Part shown: positions 1 through 10,096 of the stretch, piece after piece | How positions within the stretch are numbered: the first letter of the stretch is position 1 | How the letters are laid out: each line of letters starts with the position of its first letter | Assembly (NCBI GenBank): GCA_035692365.1 | Contig: DASSIB010000026.1 | Location: forward strand, 1 to 51,349 | Length of the DNA stretch: 51,349 nt | Direction of reading: 5' to 3' | From: Candidatus Limnocylindria bacterium | Lineage (GTDB): Bacteria > Chloroflexota > Limnocylindria > QHBO01 | Made by a program: the position numbers and the translations under genes | Notes under the pieces: generated by a model | What the model saw: only the letters and a program-made list of their open reading frames with translations | What the model was told of the DNA's origin: nothing | The model's database searches: none

Positions 1-107
1 AACATGCTGACACGCCTCGCCTGAACCGCGTCTCCGCCAACGCAATCCTGCCGCTGGCCCTCCTGGTCGGAGGGGCGGCGATCGAGGCCGCGCGCCCCCT
101 TGCGCTG

Positions 108-845
108 ATGCTGCTCGTCATCGGCCTGTTGGCAACCCTCGCGCGAACGCGGCGACAGCCCGGGGAACAGCTCGGGGTCGAGGTGCTCGTCTACGCCGGC
201 TGCGTGGTGGTGGCGGTGAACCTCGCCTGGTCGGTCGTCCCGCTGGACGCGCTGGTCGGCACCGCCGCCGCGTGCCAGGACCGCCTGGCACCGTTCGCCC
301 TCCTGCGGGTATTGGGTGCGACGCTTGTGCTCGCATCGCTGGCGGTCGTCATACGCCTGGTGCGGGCGAGGCCGACCGAGCTCGGTCTGCGCTGGCCGTC
401 ACGCCCCTGGGTGCTCGTCTCCCTGGCCGCCGTCCTGACGATCGGCCCCGGCGCGGCTTTCCTGGGCCCGATCCTGGCCGAGCCGTTCTTCGGACCCCTG
501 GACCCGATGACGGCCGACCTTCGCAGCCTCGTCCCGGCGCTCACCTTCGCCCTGGCCAACGCCGTCATGGAGGAGGTCGCCTACCGTGGAGCGCTGCTCC
601 GCTGGCTGACACCGGTCACCGGCGCGGCCACGGCGCTCGCCTTGCAGGCGATCGTCTTCGGCCTGGCGCACGGGGTCGGGACCGATTTCATCGGCTCACC
701 GCTGCCGGTGATGGCCGCCACTGCCGCCGCAGGGCTGGTCCTCGGTGCCCTGGCGCTGCGCACCGGCTCGTTGCTGCTTCCGATCGCGATCCATCTGGCG
801 CTCGACATCCCGGTCTTCTACGGCAAGGTGTGCCTTGGCACCTAG
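108..845 (+). CDS. CPBP family intramembrane metalloprotease (CAAX protease-like)
   Basis: 245-aa multi-TM ORF. Carries family motifs EEVAYRG (EExxxR), FGLAHG and HLALD. ATG at 108, TAG at 843-845. Confidence 0.8.
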   Translation: MLLVIGLLATLARTRRQPGEQLGVEVLVYAGCVVVAVNLAWSVVPLDALVGTAAACQDRLAPFALLRVLGATLVLASLAVVIRLVRARPTELGLRWPSRPWVLVSLAAVLTIGPGAAFLGPILAEPFFGPLDPMTADLRSLVPALTFALANAVMEEVAYRGALLRWLTPVTGAATALALQAIVFGLAHGVGTDFIGSPLPVMAATAAAGLVLGALALRTGSLLLPIAIHLALDIPVFYGKVCLGT

Positions 846-854
846 ACTCAGCCG

Positions 855-1523
855 ATGAGCGAGCGCTGGGCGACCTTCGACTGCTACGGCACGCTCGTGG
901 ACTGGATGGGAGGCATCCGAAGCTCTTTCACCGATCTCTGGCCCGATGCCGACGCCGATGCGCTGCTGACCCTCTACCACCAGCTCGAGCCAGCCGTGCA
1001 GGCCGGGCGCGGGATGTCCTACCGCGCCGTGATGGCCGAGACGCTTGCCAGTGTCGCCGCCCTCGCGCGCCTCGAGATCGCGCCCGGCGACGAGGATGCG
1101 CTCGGCGCATCGTTGCCGGGGTGGCCGGTCTTCCCCGAGGTGCCCGCCGCCCTCGCCGAACTCCGGAGCCAGGGCTGGCGCCTCGCGATCCTCTCCAACA
1201 CCGACCCCGACTTCCTCGACGCATCGTTGCGGGCGATCGGGGTGCCGGTCGACCTGCGGATCGTCGCCTCCGACATCGGCTCCTACAAGCCCGCGGTCCG
1301 CCATTGGGAGACGTTCTTCGCGCAGACCGGCGCCAATCGCGAGCGGCATGTGCATGTCGCAGCCTCGCTCTTCCACGACGTCGAGCCGGCTGACCGGCTG
1401 GGGCTGCGGTGCGCCTGGATCAACCGACTCGCCGAGCGCAGCGACCTCCCGCGCGCCGCCGAGCTGATCGACCTGGCCACGCTCCCTGACGCCCTGGAAG
1501 CGCTCGTCCCCGCCCACGGCTAG
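855..1523 (+). CDS. HAD superfamily hydrolase, type II haloacid dehalogenase-like
   Basis: N-terminal [10 protein letters not shown] (DxYGT nucleophile motif), LSNTD, and a SYKP lysine motif. Size is typical at 222 aa. Confidence 0.8.
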   Translation: MSERWATFDCYGTLVDWMGGIRSSFTDLWPDADADALLTLYHQLEPAVQAGRGMSYRAVMAETLASVAALARLEIAPGDEDALGASLPGWPVFPEVPAALAELRSQGWRLAILSNTDPDFLDASLRAIGVPVDLRIVASDIGSYKPAVRHWETFFAQTGANRERHVHVAASLFHDVEPADRLGLRCAWINRLAERSDLPRAAELIDLATLPDALEALVPAHG

Positions 1524-1536
1524 GATCAGCGCCCTG

Positions 1537-2562
1537 ATGTCCGAGCCTCTCCCGATGCTGCCCCGCGACACGCGCGACCGGCCGCTGCACGACCTGCGCA
1601 TCAGCGTCACCGACCGATGCAACTTCCGCTGCGTGTACTGCATGCCGCGCGCCGTCTTCGGCCGCGACCATGCCTTCCTCCCGCGCGCGGAGCTGCTGAC
1701 CTTCGAGGAGATCGCCCGGCTGGTCGAGATCTCCACCCGCCTGGGCGTCGAGAAGGTGCGCCTGACGGGTGGCGAGCCGCTGGTGCGGCGCGAGCTGCCG
1801 ACCCTGGTGCGGATGCTGGCCGCGATCCCCGGGGTGCGCGACCTGACCCTCACGACCAACGGCGTGCTGCTGCCGGATCACGCCGACGAGCTGAAGGATG
1901 CCGGGCTGCATCGGGTCACCGTCAGCCTGGATGCCGATGACGACGCGACCTTCTCGCGCATGAACGACGCAGGCGTGCCGGTGTCGCGCGTGCTGGCCGG
2001 GATCGACGCGGCCGAGGCGGCCGGCCTCGGCCCGATCAAGCTCAACATGGTGGTGAAGCGCGGCTGGAACGAGCACGCGATCCTGCCGATGGCGCGGCGC
2101 TTCCGCGGGACGGGGCGGATCCTGCGCTTCATCGAGTACATGGACGTCGGCCACTCCAACGGCTGGCGCCTCGACGAGGTGATCACCGCCGACGAGATCC
2201 TCTCCACCATCGCGGCCGAGTTCCCGCTGGAGCCGATGGCGCCCACGAAGGCCGGTGAGGTGGCGGAGCGCTTCCGCTACGCCGATGGCTCGGGCGAGAT
2301 CGGGGTGATCGCCTCGGTCAGCCGCCCATTCTGCGGCGACTGCAACCGGGCTCGTCTCTCGGCCGACGGGCAGCTGTACACCTGCCTCTTCGCCACCGCC
2401 GGCCACGACCTGCGGGCGCTGCTGCGTGGCGGCGCCTCCGACGCCCAGATCGAGGCAGCGTTGCGTGGCATCTGGGAATCGCGCGACGACCGCTACTCGG
2501 AGATCCGATCCGAGGAGACGGTGGCGCTCCCGAAGGTGGAGATGAGCTACATCGGCGGGTAG
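1537..2562 (+). CDS. moaA: GTP 3',8-cyclase MoaA (radical SAM, molybdenum cofactor biosynthesis)
   Basis: [10 protein letters not shown] (CX3CX2C radical SAM cluster), C-terminal [13 protein letters not shown] auxiliary cluster region, and a terminal Gly-Gly. 341 aa. Confidence 0.93.
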   Translation: MSEPLPMLPRDTRDRPLHDLRISVTDRCNFRCVYCMPRAVFGRDHAFLPRAELLTFEEIARLVEISTRLGVEKVRLTGGEPLVRRELPTLVRMLAAIPGVRDLTLTTNGVLLPDHADELKDAGLHRVTVSLDADDDATFSRMNDAGVPVSRVLAGIDAAEAAGLGPIKLNMVVKRGWNEHAILPMARRFRGTGRILRFIEYMDVGHSNGWRLDEVITADEILSTIAAEFPLEPMAPTKAGEVAERFRYADGSGEIGVIASVSRPFCGDCNRARLSADGQLYTCLFATAGHDLRALLRGGASDAQIEAALRGIWESRDDRYSEIRSEETVALPKVEMSYIGG

Positions 2563-2613
2563 GCGCCGGACGGACCTAGGCAGGCCCGCTCCTCGCCGGT
2601 ATCCTGTCGCCCC

Positions 2614-5600
2614 ATGCTGTGCCCGTCCTGCGGCGTCGCTGCGTCGTCGCCCACCCAGAAGTTCTGCGCGGAATGCGGCACCCGCCTGCAGCAGGCGTGC
2701 CCTTCATGCGCCACCCCGTACGAAGGAAGCCCGAAGTTCTGTCCCGAGTGCGGGTTCGCGCTTCAGGGCGGCACGCCCGCGACGCACGCCGCGGCAACCA
2801 ACGGTGCCCCGAGGGCGGCATCCGCTGACGCACTGGTCGCACCGGATGCGGGCTCGGCGAGCACCGTGGCGGAGCGGAAGCTCGTATCCGTCCTCTTCGC
2901 CGACCTGGTCGGCTTCACGACGATGTCCGAGACGCGCGACGCCGAGGCTGTGCGCGAGCAGCTGACCGAGTACTTCGGCGTCGCGCAGGAGATCGTCACC
3001 CGCTACGGCGGGGCGGTCGAGAAGTTCATCGGCGATGCGGTCATGGCGGTGTGGGGCACGCCGGTCGCACATGAGGACGACGCCGAGCGCGCCGTCCGCG
3101 CTGCGCTCGAGCTGGTCGACGCGGTCAGCCACCTGGGTCGCGACGGCGAGAAGCTCACCGCACGCGCTGCGGTGCTCACCGGCGAGGCGGCCGTCACGCT
3201 CGGGGCATCGAACCAGGGGATGGTCGCTGGCGACCTCGTCAACACCGCCTCACGCCTGCAGTCTGTCGCGCCGCCGGGGACCGTGATCGTGGGCGAGGCG
3301 ACCCGGCAGAGCGCCGAGAGCGCCATCGTCTTCGAGCCCGTTGGCGAACAGGAGCTGAAGGGCAAGGTCAGCCCGGTCCCGGCCTACCGAGCGTTGCGCG
3401 TCGTGGCCCAACGCGGCGGCGTCGGCCGCGGCGAGCAGCTCGAGGCGCCGTTCATGGGGCGCGACAGCGAGCTGCGCCTCGTGAAGGACCTCTTCCACGC
3501 CGCGCCACGCGAGAAGCGGCCGCGGCTCGTTTCGATCATCGGCCAGGCGGGGATCGGCAAGAGCCGGCTGGCGTGGGAGTTCCTCAAGTACATCGACGGG
3601 ATCACGATGCAGGTGCTCTGGCATCAGGGCCGCTCCCCAGCCTACGGCGAGGGGATCAGCTTCTGGGCCCTGGCCGAGATGGTGCGCAGCCGGGTCGGCC
3701 TCCTCGAGCTCGACGACGCGGCCACCACACGGAGCAAGCTGACGCAGGCACTGGAGACCTACGTTCCCGACGAGGCAGAGCGCCGCTGGATGGGGCCGCG
3801 GCTCGAGCAGCTGCTGGGCATGGCAGACGGCGACTCGGGAGGCCGCGACGACCTCTTTGCCGCGTGGCGCACCTTCTTCGAGCGGGTCGCGGGCGACAAC
3901 ACGCTGGTGATGGTCTTCGAGGACCTGCACTGGGCCGATGCCGGACAGCTCGACTTCATCGACCACCTCCTCGAATGGAGCCGGGGCCACGCGATCTACA
4001 TCATCACCCTGGCTCGCCCCGAGCTGCTCGAGCGTCGTCCGACCTGGGGAGCCGGTCAGCGCAGCTTCACAAGCCTCGCCCTTGAACCGCTCCCGGACGC
4101 CGTGATCGAGGACATCCTGGCCAGCCTCGTCCCGGGTCTCCCGGAGGCGACCGTCTCCCAGATCGTGGGGCGCGCCGAGGGGATCCCGCTCTATGCGGTC
4201 GAGACGGTCCGCATGCTTCTGCAGGACGGGCGGCTGGAGCAGCGCGACGGAGCGTATCGGCCGATCGGCGACCTCAGCACCCTGGCCGTGCCGGCCACCC
4301 TGCATGCGCTGATCGCCGCCAGGCTCGATGCCATCGACGCGAGTGACCGCTCGCTGCTCCAGTACGCATCGGTCCTGGGCCAAACCTTCACGCTCCAGGG
4401 CTTGAAGGCCGTCACCGGTCAGGGAGAGGACCTCGAGGCCCGACTCCACGGCCTCGTTCGCCGTGAACTGCTTACGCTCGACACCGATCCCCGCTCACCG
4501 GAGCGCGGCCAATACGGCTTCGTGCAGGCCCTCGTTCGCGACGTCGCGTACGGCACCCTCACCAAGCGCGACCGCAAGGTCGTCCACCTTGCCGCGGGTG
4601 AGCATTTCGAGTCGCTCCAGGACGACGAGATCATCGATGCGACCGCCGCGCACTATCTGGATGCCTACCGAAGTGCGCCGGACGATCCCGATGCCGAAGA
4701 GATCCGGGCGCACGCGGCCGAGCTGCTCCAGCGGGCCGCGGAACGGGCGACCGGCCTCGGCTCGCATGAGCAGGCGGTGCGGTTCCTGGAGCTTGCCCTG
4801 GACGTCACCGCCGACGCGGCCCACCAGTCCCGGCTGCTGCGACGGACCGGCGAGGCGGCCGGGGCGGCGGGGAGGTACGACGTTGCCGAGGGTTACCTGC
4901 GACGGGCAGTCGCCGCCGCGCGAGAAGCAGGCCATCAGCCGTCCGAGGCGCAGGCGGTCGCCAGCCTGGGGCGGCTCCTCGCCAGCGGCGCGCAGCCAGC
5001 TGTGGCGATCTCCGAGATCAACGCCGCGCTTCCGACGCTTGCGGACCTGGACCAGGATCCGGCAATGGTCGCCATCTGGGCGGCGCTGTCACGCGCCTAT
5101 ATGCTGCACGGCGACTTCGGCCCGGCGGTCGAATGGGCCGATCGCGCCCTGCCCGTGGCCGAGCGGCTCGACATGGTGCCCGAGATCGCCGACCTGCTCA
5201 ACACGCGCGCGACCGCGCTGGGCTTCGGCGGTCGCGTCCGCGAGGGCGTCGCGGGACTGCGCGGTGTCGTCGAGATGGCCGACTCCTACGGTCTCTCGTA
5301 CGCCGGCATCCGGGCGCGGATCAACCTGAGCAGCCTGCTGACCGTCGAGGACCCGCTGGCCGGCTTTCGGCTCGCGTTCGAAGGCTTCGAGGAGGCAAAG
5401 CGAGCCGGCAGCGGGGACATGATGACCACCATGGGTGCGAACGCGAGTGACCTGGCCGTCCACATCGGCGAATGGGACGCCGCCGAGACGATCTTCGCGG
5501 ACTTGCTGGCAGCCGACCTGGCGCCGCCCGACCGCTACGTGGCGGATGTCTTTACCTGTGTGCTGGAGGCGCTCCGCGGACGCCCGTCAGACGCCGGCGT

Positions 5601-6141
5601 GGCCCGCGCGGAGGCGTTCGCAGCAACATCCGACGAACCGACCGTCCTCAGCCAGCTGCACGCGACCAAAGGATGGGTCGCCCTCGCCGAGGGACGCTTC
5701 GCAGACGCGTTTGCCTCCTTCTCCGCCGCAGTCGAGGCCATCCCAGCCGGCGCCTCAGCCGACCTGCCACAGGTCGGGCGCGCAGCCCTGTGGTCCGGCC
5801 TGCCGGAGCAGGCCCGCGCCGCGGTCGATCGGATTCGTGCCCTTGGCGTCCATGGCCGTGGGATCCACGCCGGCGCACGCACCATCGAGGCGGGGCTCGC
5901 CGCCGTGACCGGGAATCGCGAAGAGGCCACGGCGGCATACCGCGACGCCATGCGCCAGTGGCGCGAGCTCGAGTGCTGGTTCGACCTCGCACTGTGCGAG
6001 CTCGACTACGTGAAGTTCGTGGGCGGGGAGAATCCGGATGTCAAGGCCGCGGCCGAGGAGGCCCATGGCATTCTCACTCGACTCGGTTCGCCGGCGTTCG
6101 TGCGTCGCCTGAACGACGCGGTGGGGCTGCCGGTCGCCTAG
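2614..6141 (+). CDS. Multidomain signalling protein: double zinc ribbon, class III adenylate cyclase, STAND-type P-loop ATPase, TPR-like C-terminal region
   Basis: N-terminus has CPSCG...CAECG...CPSC...CPECG. Cyclase motifs: FADLVGFT, KFIGDAVMA, GDLVNTASRL (Lys/Asp specificity pair, Asn-Arg transition-state pair). Walker A GQAGIGKSRL and Walker B LVMVFEDLHWAD. The long helical, Ala/Leu-rich C-terminus has no visible HTH. Confidence 0.88.
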   Translation: MLCPSCGVAASSPTQKFCAECGTRLQQACPSCATPYEGSPKFCPECGFALQGGTPATHAAATNGAPRAASADALVAPDAGSASTVAERKLVSVLFADLVGFTTMSETRDAEAVREQLTEYFGVAQEIVTRYGGAVEKFIGDAVMAVWGTPVAHEDDAERAVRAALELVDAVSHLGRDGEKLTARAAVLTGEAAVTLGASNQGMVAGDLVNTASRLQSVAPPGTVIVGEATRQSAESAIVFEPVGEQELKGKVSPVPAYRALRVVAQRGGVGRGEQLEAPFMGRDSELRLVKDLFHAAPREKRPRLVSIIGQAGIGKSRLAWEFLKYIDGITMQVLWHQGRSPAYGEGISFWALAEMVRSRVGLLELDDAATTRSKLTQALETYVPDEAERRWMGPRLEQLLGMADGDSGGRDDLFAAWRTFFERVAGDNTLVMVFEDLHWADAGQLDFIDHLLEWSRGHAIYIITLARPELLERRPTWGAGQRSFTSLALEPLPDAVIEDILASLVPGLPEATVSQIVGRAEGIPLYAVETVRMLLQDGRLEQRDGAYRPIGDLSTLAVPATLHALIAARLDAIDASDRSLLQYASVLGQTFTLQGLKAVTGQGEDLEARLHGLVRRELLTLDTDPRSPERGQYGFVQALVRDVAYGTLTKRDRKVVHLAAGEHFESLQDDEIIDATAAHYLDAYRSAPDDPDAEEIRAHAAELLQRAAERATGLGSHEQAVRFLELALDVTADAAHQSRLLRRTGEAAGAAGRYDVAEGYLRRAVAAAREAGHQPSEAQAVASLGRLLASGAQPAVAISEINAALPTLADLDQDPAMVAIWAALSRAYMLHGDFGPAVEWADRALPVAERLDMVPEIADLLNTRATALGFGGRVREGVAGLRGVVEMADSYGLSYAGIRARINLSSLLTVEDPLAGFRLAFEGFEEAKRAGSGDMMTTMGANASDLAVHIGEWDAAETIFADLLAADLAPPDRYVADVFTCVLEALRGRPSDAGVARAEAFAATSDEPTVLSQLHATKGWVALAEGRFADAFASFSAAVEAIPAGASADLPQVGRAALWSGLPEQARAAVDRIRALGVHGRGIHAGARTIEAGLAAVTGNREEATAAYRDAMRQWRELECWFDLALCELDYVKFVGGENPDVKAAAEEAHGILTRLGSPAFVRRLNDAVGLPVA

Positions 6142-7151
6142 CTCTTCTCCTCGTGGATCGGGCCACGGCGGTCGCGGAGCGGCCCGCCCTCGCGGCCGCG
6201 GGTGGCGGCCAGGATCTCGGCGATGATCGCGTGGGCCACTTCCTCCGCCCCTTCGGCGCCGATGTCCAGGCCCGCCGGCGCGTGGAGCCGAGCGATGGCC
6301 TCCGGCGCCCCGATCTCTGCAAGCATCTGCTCCGTCCGCCCGCGGGGCCCGAGCACCCCGAGATACGCCAGCGGCGCGTGGAGGAACGACCGCAGGTAGG
6401 CGATGTCGCGCAGGTAGTTGTGGCTCATGAGGATCGCTGCCGTCCGCTCGTCGGGCGCCAGCGCCTCGGCAGCCGCATCCGGGTCGGGGATGGCAAAGTC
6501 AGCCCCTGGGCCGAAGCGTTCCGCAGTGAGCAGAGCCTGGCGCACGTCCACCACGACTACGCGCCAACCCAGCTCCGCGGCCAGGCGGACGAGCGGGATC
6601 GCATCGTGGCCGGCACCGCAGACCAGCAGCCGGAGCGGCGGCAGGAGCGGCTCGAAGTACACGCGGGCACCACCGACCTCCACCACGCGCGGGCTGCCGT
6701 CACGCAGCGCCGCGGCGGCGGCGCCATCGGTCTCCAGGCGGTGCAGGCCGAGATCGGAGCCGCCGAGCGGGATCACCAGGCAGGCGCCCTGCCCTGATCG
6801 CAGCGCCCCGACCGATTCGAGCGCTCCCGCGGTCGGCTCGACGAACAGCTCGATCGCGCCGTTGCAGCCCAGCCCGTAGCCCCACACCGCATCGTCGTCG
6901 GCGGTCATGTCGAACTCCACGGTGCGAGCCTCGCCGCTGGCGATGACCTCGCGCCCGATGCGCGCCACGTCGCCCTCCAGGCAGCCGCCACTGATGTTGC
7001 CGATCGGCTCTCCCTCGGCCGGGATCAGGAGTCGCGCCCCGGCGCGCCGATAGGTCGAGCCGCGGGTCCCTATTACCGTCGCCAGCGCCATTGGCTGTCC
7101 GCGGGCCGCCAGGGCCTCCGCCGCGTCGAGGAGCTCGGTCAGCTCCGACAC
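6138..7151 (-). CDS. XdhC/CoxI family accessory protein
   Basis: N-terminal ALATVIGTRGSTYRRAGARLLI (XdhC_CoxI-like) and a C-terminal Rossmann-like LLVCGAGHDAIPL. Start is placed at the GTG (VSELTELL), 4 nt after the upstream stop. The track's longer ORF overlaps the upstream gene, so the start is uncertain. Confidence 0.75.
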   Translation of the reverse strand: MSELTELLDAAEALAARGQPMALATVIGTRGSTYRRAGARLLIPAEGEPIGNISGGCLEGDVARIGREVIASGEARTVEFDMTADDDAVWGYGLGCNGAIELFVEPTAGALESVGALRSGQGACLVIPLGGSDLGLHRLETDGAAAAALRDGSPRVVEVGGARVYFEPLLPPLRLLVCGAGHDAIPLVRLAAELGWRVVVVDVRQALLTAERFGPGADFAIPDPDAAAEALAPDERTAAILMSHNYLRDIAYLRSFLHAPLAYLGVLGPRGRTEQMLAEIGAPEAIARLHAPAGLDIGAEGAEEVAHAIIAEILAATRGREGGPLRDRRGPIHEEKS

Positions 7152-7155
7152 GTGA

Positions 7156-8427
7156 TCAGGCGTGCCATTGGGACGCCAGGTGGGCGGCGTCGGCCGCGAC
7201 GCCGACGAAGTTGGCCGAAGCCTGATTGTGCTGCCACAGGAGACCGATGAAGGTGAGCCCGGGGACTTCACTGATCCCGCGCACGTGGCGCGGCACGCCG
7301 AACTCGTTGAGCACCGGGAGGTCCAGCCAGCCGTAGTCGGGCGCATAGCCGGTCGTCCACAGAACGGTCGAGATCCCCTCGGCGCGCAGGTCGAGCTCCG
7401 TCACCTCCGGCACCTCGGCCGCGAACGGGACGCGATCGTCCGGCGGGACGTCGAGCCCGGCCCGCTCGATGAACAGCTCGATCAGGCCCCGGAAGCGCTC
7501 GTCGAAAAACGCGTCGGCAAAGGCGAGGTTGGCGGCGAGGTCGGGAGCGAACCGCGCTCGGTGTCCGTCCGCGTCTTCGAAGCGTCCGACGAGTCGTATC
7601 CCCTCGGCCGGGAAGCGACGCAGGTTGATATCGTGGCCGCCGCCATGCCCAGAGAGGTGCGGGTTGCAGGCGAACTTCGCCCGCGGATCCGGCAGCTGGT
7701 CGACGGTGGGGAGCCCGGCATCGATCGCCGGACCATCGATGGCCAGGCTGCGGAGCCACCAGAAGATGTCGCGGTCGCGATAGCGGCGCGGAACTCGTCC
7801 GCAGTGGCCGACCGACAGGGTCACCGAGCGTCCCGCGGCACGCAGCTCCTCCGCCAGCTGGACCCCCGTCTGACCCGAGCCCACCACCAGCACCCCGCCA
7901 GGTGGGAGCTGCCCCTCGTTGCGGTAGTGATGGCCGTGAAGGTGGTTCATCGCCGGATCGAAGGCGGCGGTCGGCGGAATGCGCGGCGCGTGGAATGCGC
8001 CGGTCGCCACCACGACCTCCTGCGCCCGGATTGGGCCACTGCTGGTCTCGACCAGGAAGCTCCCGGTCGACGACCGGTCGGCGGCCAGCCGCGTGACCGC
8101 GGTGCCCAACGAGACCGGGGCATCGATCGCGCCTGCGTATGCCGCAACTCGCCCCGCAATCTCGTCGCGAGTCATGAAGCCGTCCGGATCACCCGCGTCG
8201 TACGGGAATCCGGGGAGGTCGGTGACGAAGTTCGGGCTGACCAGCTGGAATGCATCCCATCGGTCCCGCCAGCCGCCGCCCAGCTGATCGCGCCGGTCGA
8301 GGACGACGTGCTCGCGGCCGGCCTCGCGGAGGTGGTGGCTCATGATGAGCCCCGCTTGCCCGGCGCCGATGACGACGGTGTGCGTCGATGCGGGCAGATC
8401 GATCATGGTCGGGAAGGATACGGGCAT
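7156..8427 (-). CDS. FAD-dependent oxidoreductase, flavin-containing monooxygenase-like (CzcO/COG2072 type)
   Basis: FAD dinucleotide fold VVIGAGQAGL, second fold VLVVGSGQTGVQLA, and C-terminal TGY motif (WTTGYAPDY). The ATG shares one base with the upstream stop (TGATG at 8425-8429). Confidence 0.8.
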   Translation of the reverse strand: MPVSFPTMIDLPASTHTVVIGAGQAGLIMSHHLREAGREHVVLDRRDQLGGGWRDRWDAFQLVSPNFVTDLPGFPYDAGDPDGFMTRDEIAGRVAAYAGAIDAPVSLGTAVTRLAADRSSTGSFLVETSSGPIRAQEVVVATGAFHAPRIPPTAAFDPAMNHLHGHHYRNEGQLPPGGVLVVGSGQTGVQLAEELRAAGRSVTLSVGHCGRVPRRYRDRDIFWWLRSLAIDGPAIDAGLPTVDQLPDPRAKFACNPHLSGHGGGHDINLRRFPAEGIRLVGRFEDADGHRARFAPDLAANLAFADAFFDERFRGLIELFIERAGLDVPPDDRVPFAAEVPEVTELDLRAEGISTVLWTTGYAPDYGWLDLPVLNEFGVPRHVRGISEVPGLTFIGLLWQHNQASANFVGVAADAAHLASQWHA

Positions 8428-9656
8428 CAGGCCGCCCGCATCACCAGCGCCGCGTTCATGCCGCCGAAGCCGAAGGAGGTCGAGAGCGCCAGCGGCGGGC
8501 GCGCCGCCAGCGGCTCGAGCAGGACGTTGAGCTCGCAGCGCTCGTCAAGGTTGACGAGGTTGCAGGTCCCGGGCAGCAGCCCGTGGCGCAGAGCCAGGAG
8601 CGTGATCGCCGCCTCGATGGCGCCGCTCGCTCCGAGTGCGTGCCCGTACAGCCCCTTGGTGCCCGAGACCGGGACGGTCCGCACGTGGTCGCCGAGCGCG
8701 AGGTGCAGGGCCTTCGCCTCGGCCAGCTCGTTGAGCTGGGTGCTGGAGGCGTGCGCGTTGACGTAGCCGATCTCCCCCGCCGCCACGCCGGCGTCCGCCA
8801 GCGCGGCGGTGATCGCCGCGGCGGCTGCCTCGCCCGAGGGGAGGGGCGCGGTGAGGTGGTAGGCGTCGGTCGAGGCGCCGAACCCGGCCACCTCGCCCAG
8901 GATCGTGGCACCACGATGCTCGGCCGACTCCCAGGCTTCGAGGATCAGGATGGCAGCGCCCTCGGCCATCACGAACCCGTCGCGATCGCGGTCGAAGGGT
9001 CGCGACGCGGCCGCGGGGTCGTCGTTGCGCTGCGAGAGGACGCGGATCATGGCGAACGCTCCGTGGGTGAGCGGCGCCAGAGGCGCCTCGGCCCCTCCGG
9101 CGACCGCCACGTCAACCATGCCCGAGCGGACCGCCTGGAAGGCCTGGCCGATGGCGACGGCGCCCGAGGCGCACGAGTTGGCGTTGCCCACCGCTGGGCC
9201 GCGGATGCCGAGGTCGATCGCCACGTTGCTCGCTCCCGCCCCACCGAAGACCGCGGTGGCCAGCGTCGGTGCCACCGCCCGGACCCCGCCGAGCACATAG
9301 GCTGCGTGCTGCTCCTCGCCGAAGGCGACACCACCCAGCGCCGAGCCGATCCAGACGCCGGTGCGACCATCGGACCGGTCAGCATCGGTCAGGCAGGAGT
9401 GGCTGATCGCCATTCGGGCGGCGGCCACCGAAAGCTGGCTGAACCGGTCAAGCCGCCGCGCCCGCTTCGGGTCGAGGTGGTCGCTCGGCACGAAGTCATT
9501 GATCTGCGCCGCGATCCGCGAGGGGAACGGGGAGGCGTCGAAGCGGTCGATCGCCCGCACCGCCGAGCGGTTGGCGAGCACCCCGGCCCACAGCCCGTCC
9601 GCGCCGGAGCCGATGGGGGTCACCGCGCCGATCCCGGTCACCGCCACCCTCCTCAC
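8427..9656 (-). CDS. beta-ketoacyl synthase, KAS I/II (FabF-like) type
   Basis: RRVAVTGIGAVTPIG N-terminus. Active-site Cys in NSCASGA, His in AYHLTAP, His in NAHASST, and GHALGASG. GTG start at 9654-9656 overlaps the SRPBCC stop (GTGA). Confidence 0.88.
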   Translation of the reverse strand: MRRVAVTGIGAVTPIGSGADGLWAGVLANRSAVRAIDRFDASPFPSRIAAQINDFVPSDHLDPKRARRLDRFSQLSVAAARMAISHSCLTDADRSDGRTGVWIGSALGGVAFGEEQHAAYVLGGVRAVAPTLATAVFGGAGASNVAIDLGIRGPAVGNANSCASGAVAIGQAFQAVRSGMVDVAVAGGAEAPLAPLTHGAFAMIRVLSQRNDDPAAASRPFDRDRDGFVMAEGAAILILEAWESAEHRGATILGEVAGFGASTDAYHLTAPLPSGEAAAAAITAALADAGVAAGEIGYVNAHASSTQLNELAEAKALHLALGDHVRTVPVSGTKGLYGHALGASGAIEAAITLLALRHGLLPGTCNLVNLDERCELNVLLEPLAARPPLALSTSFGFGGMNAALVMRAA

Positions 9657-10096
9657 GAGCCCGCCTCCGCCAGGACCTTGACCCGGCGCAGCGTGCGCCG
9701 CGCGATCGCCTCGACGAACTGCGGGCCGATGACGCGCTCCGCCGCCAGGCCACCGATCAGCGGCCATCCCAGGTCAAGCTCGTGCTCGATGCTGACCTGC
9801 CAGCCCGCTCCGTTCGGCTCGAAGTGCCAGGCGACCTGCATGCCGCGCGTCACTCCGCCGGTGTGCGTGAACTCGATCCGCCGCTCGTCGGGGAGCGGTC
9901 GCTGGATCGCCTCCCAGCGCACCGGGATCGGGCCGCGGCGCGCACCCATTGCGAAGCGACGCTCGCCGTTCGCGGTCGGGAGGCGGCGCACGTAGCGGTA
10001 ATGCGGCAGGCGCTCCGGCCAGCGCTCGACCTCGGCCGCCAGCGGGAAGATCCGCTCCAGCGGGGCGTCGATCTGGATCTGCAGCCGGCTCCTCAT
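9653..10096 (-). CDS. SRPBCC (START / polyketide cyclase-dehydrase / COQ10-like) family protein
   Basis: 147 aa from the internal ATG of a longer track ORF. The ATG overlaps the upstream stop (ATGA at 10093-10096). The sequence MRSRLQIQIDAPLERIF...WPERLPHY is typical of the family. The upstream part of the track ORF is Arg/Pro/Gly junk. Confidence 0.75.
   Translation of the reverse strand: MRSRLQIQIDAPLERIFPLAAEVERWPERLPHYRYVRRLPTANGERRFAMGARRGPIPVRWEAIQRPLPDERRIEFTHTGGVTRGMQVAWHFEPNGAGWQVSIEHELDLGWPLIGGLAAERVIGPQFVEAIARRTLRRVKVLAEAGS

Noticed and set aside
1524-1536. Possible Moco riboswitch upstream of moaA.
   Set aside because: Only 13 nt separate moaA from the upstream HAD gene. That leaves no room for a structured leader.
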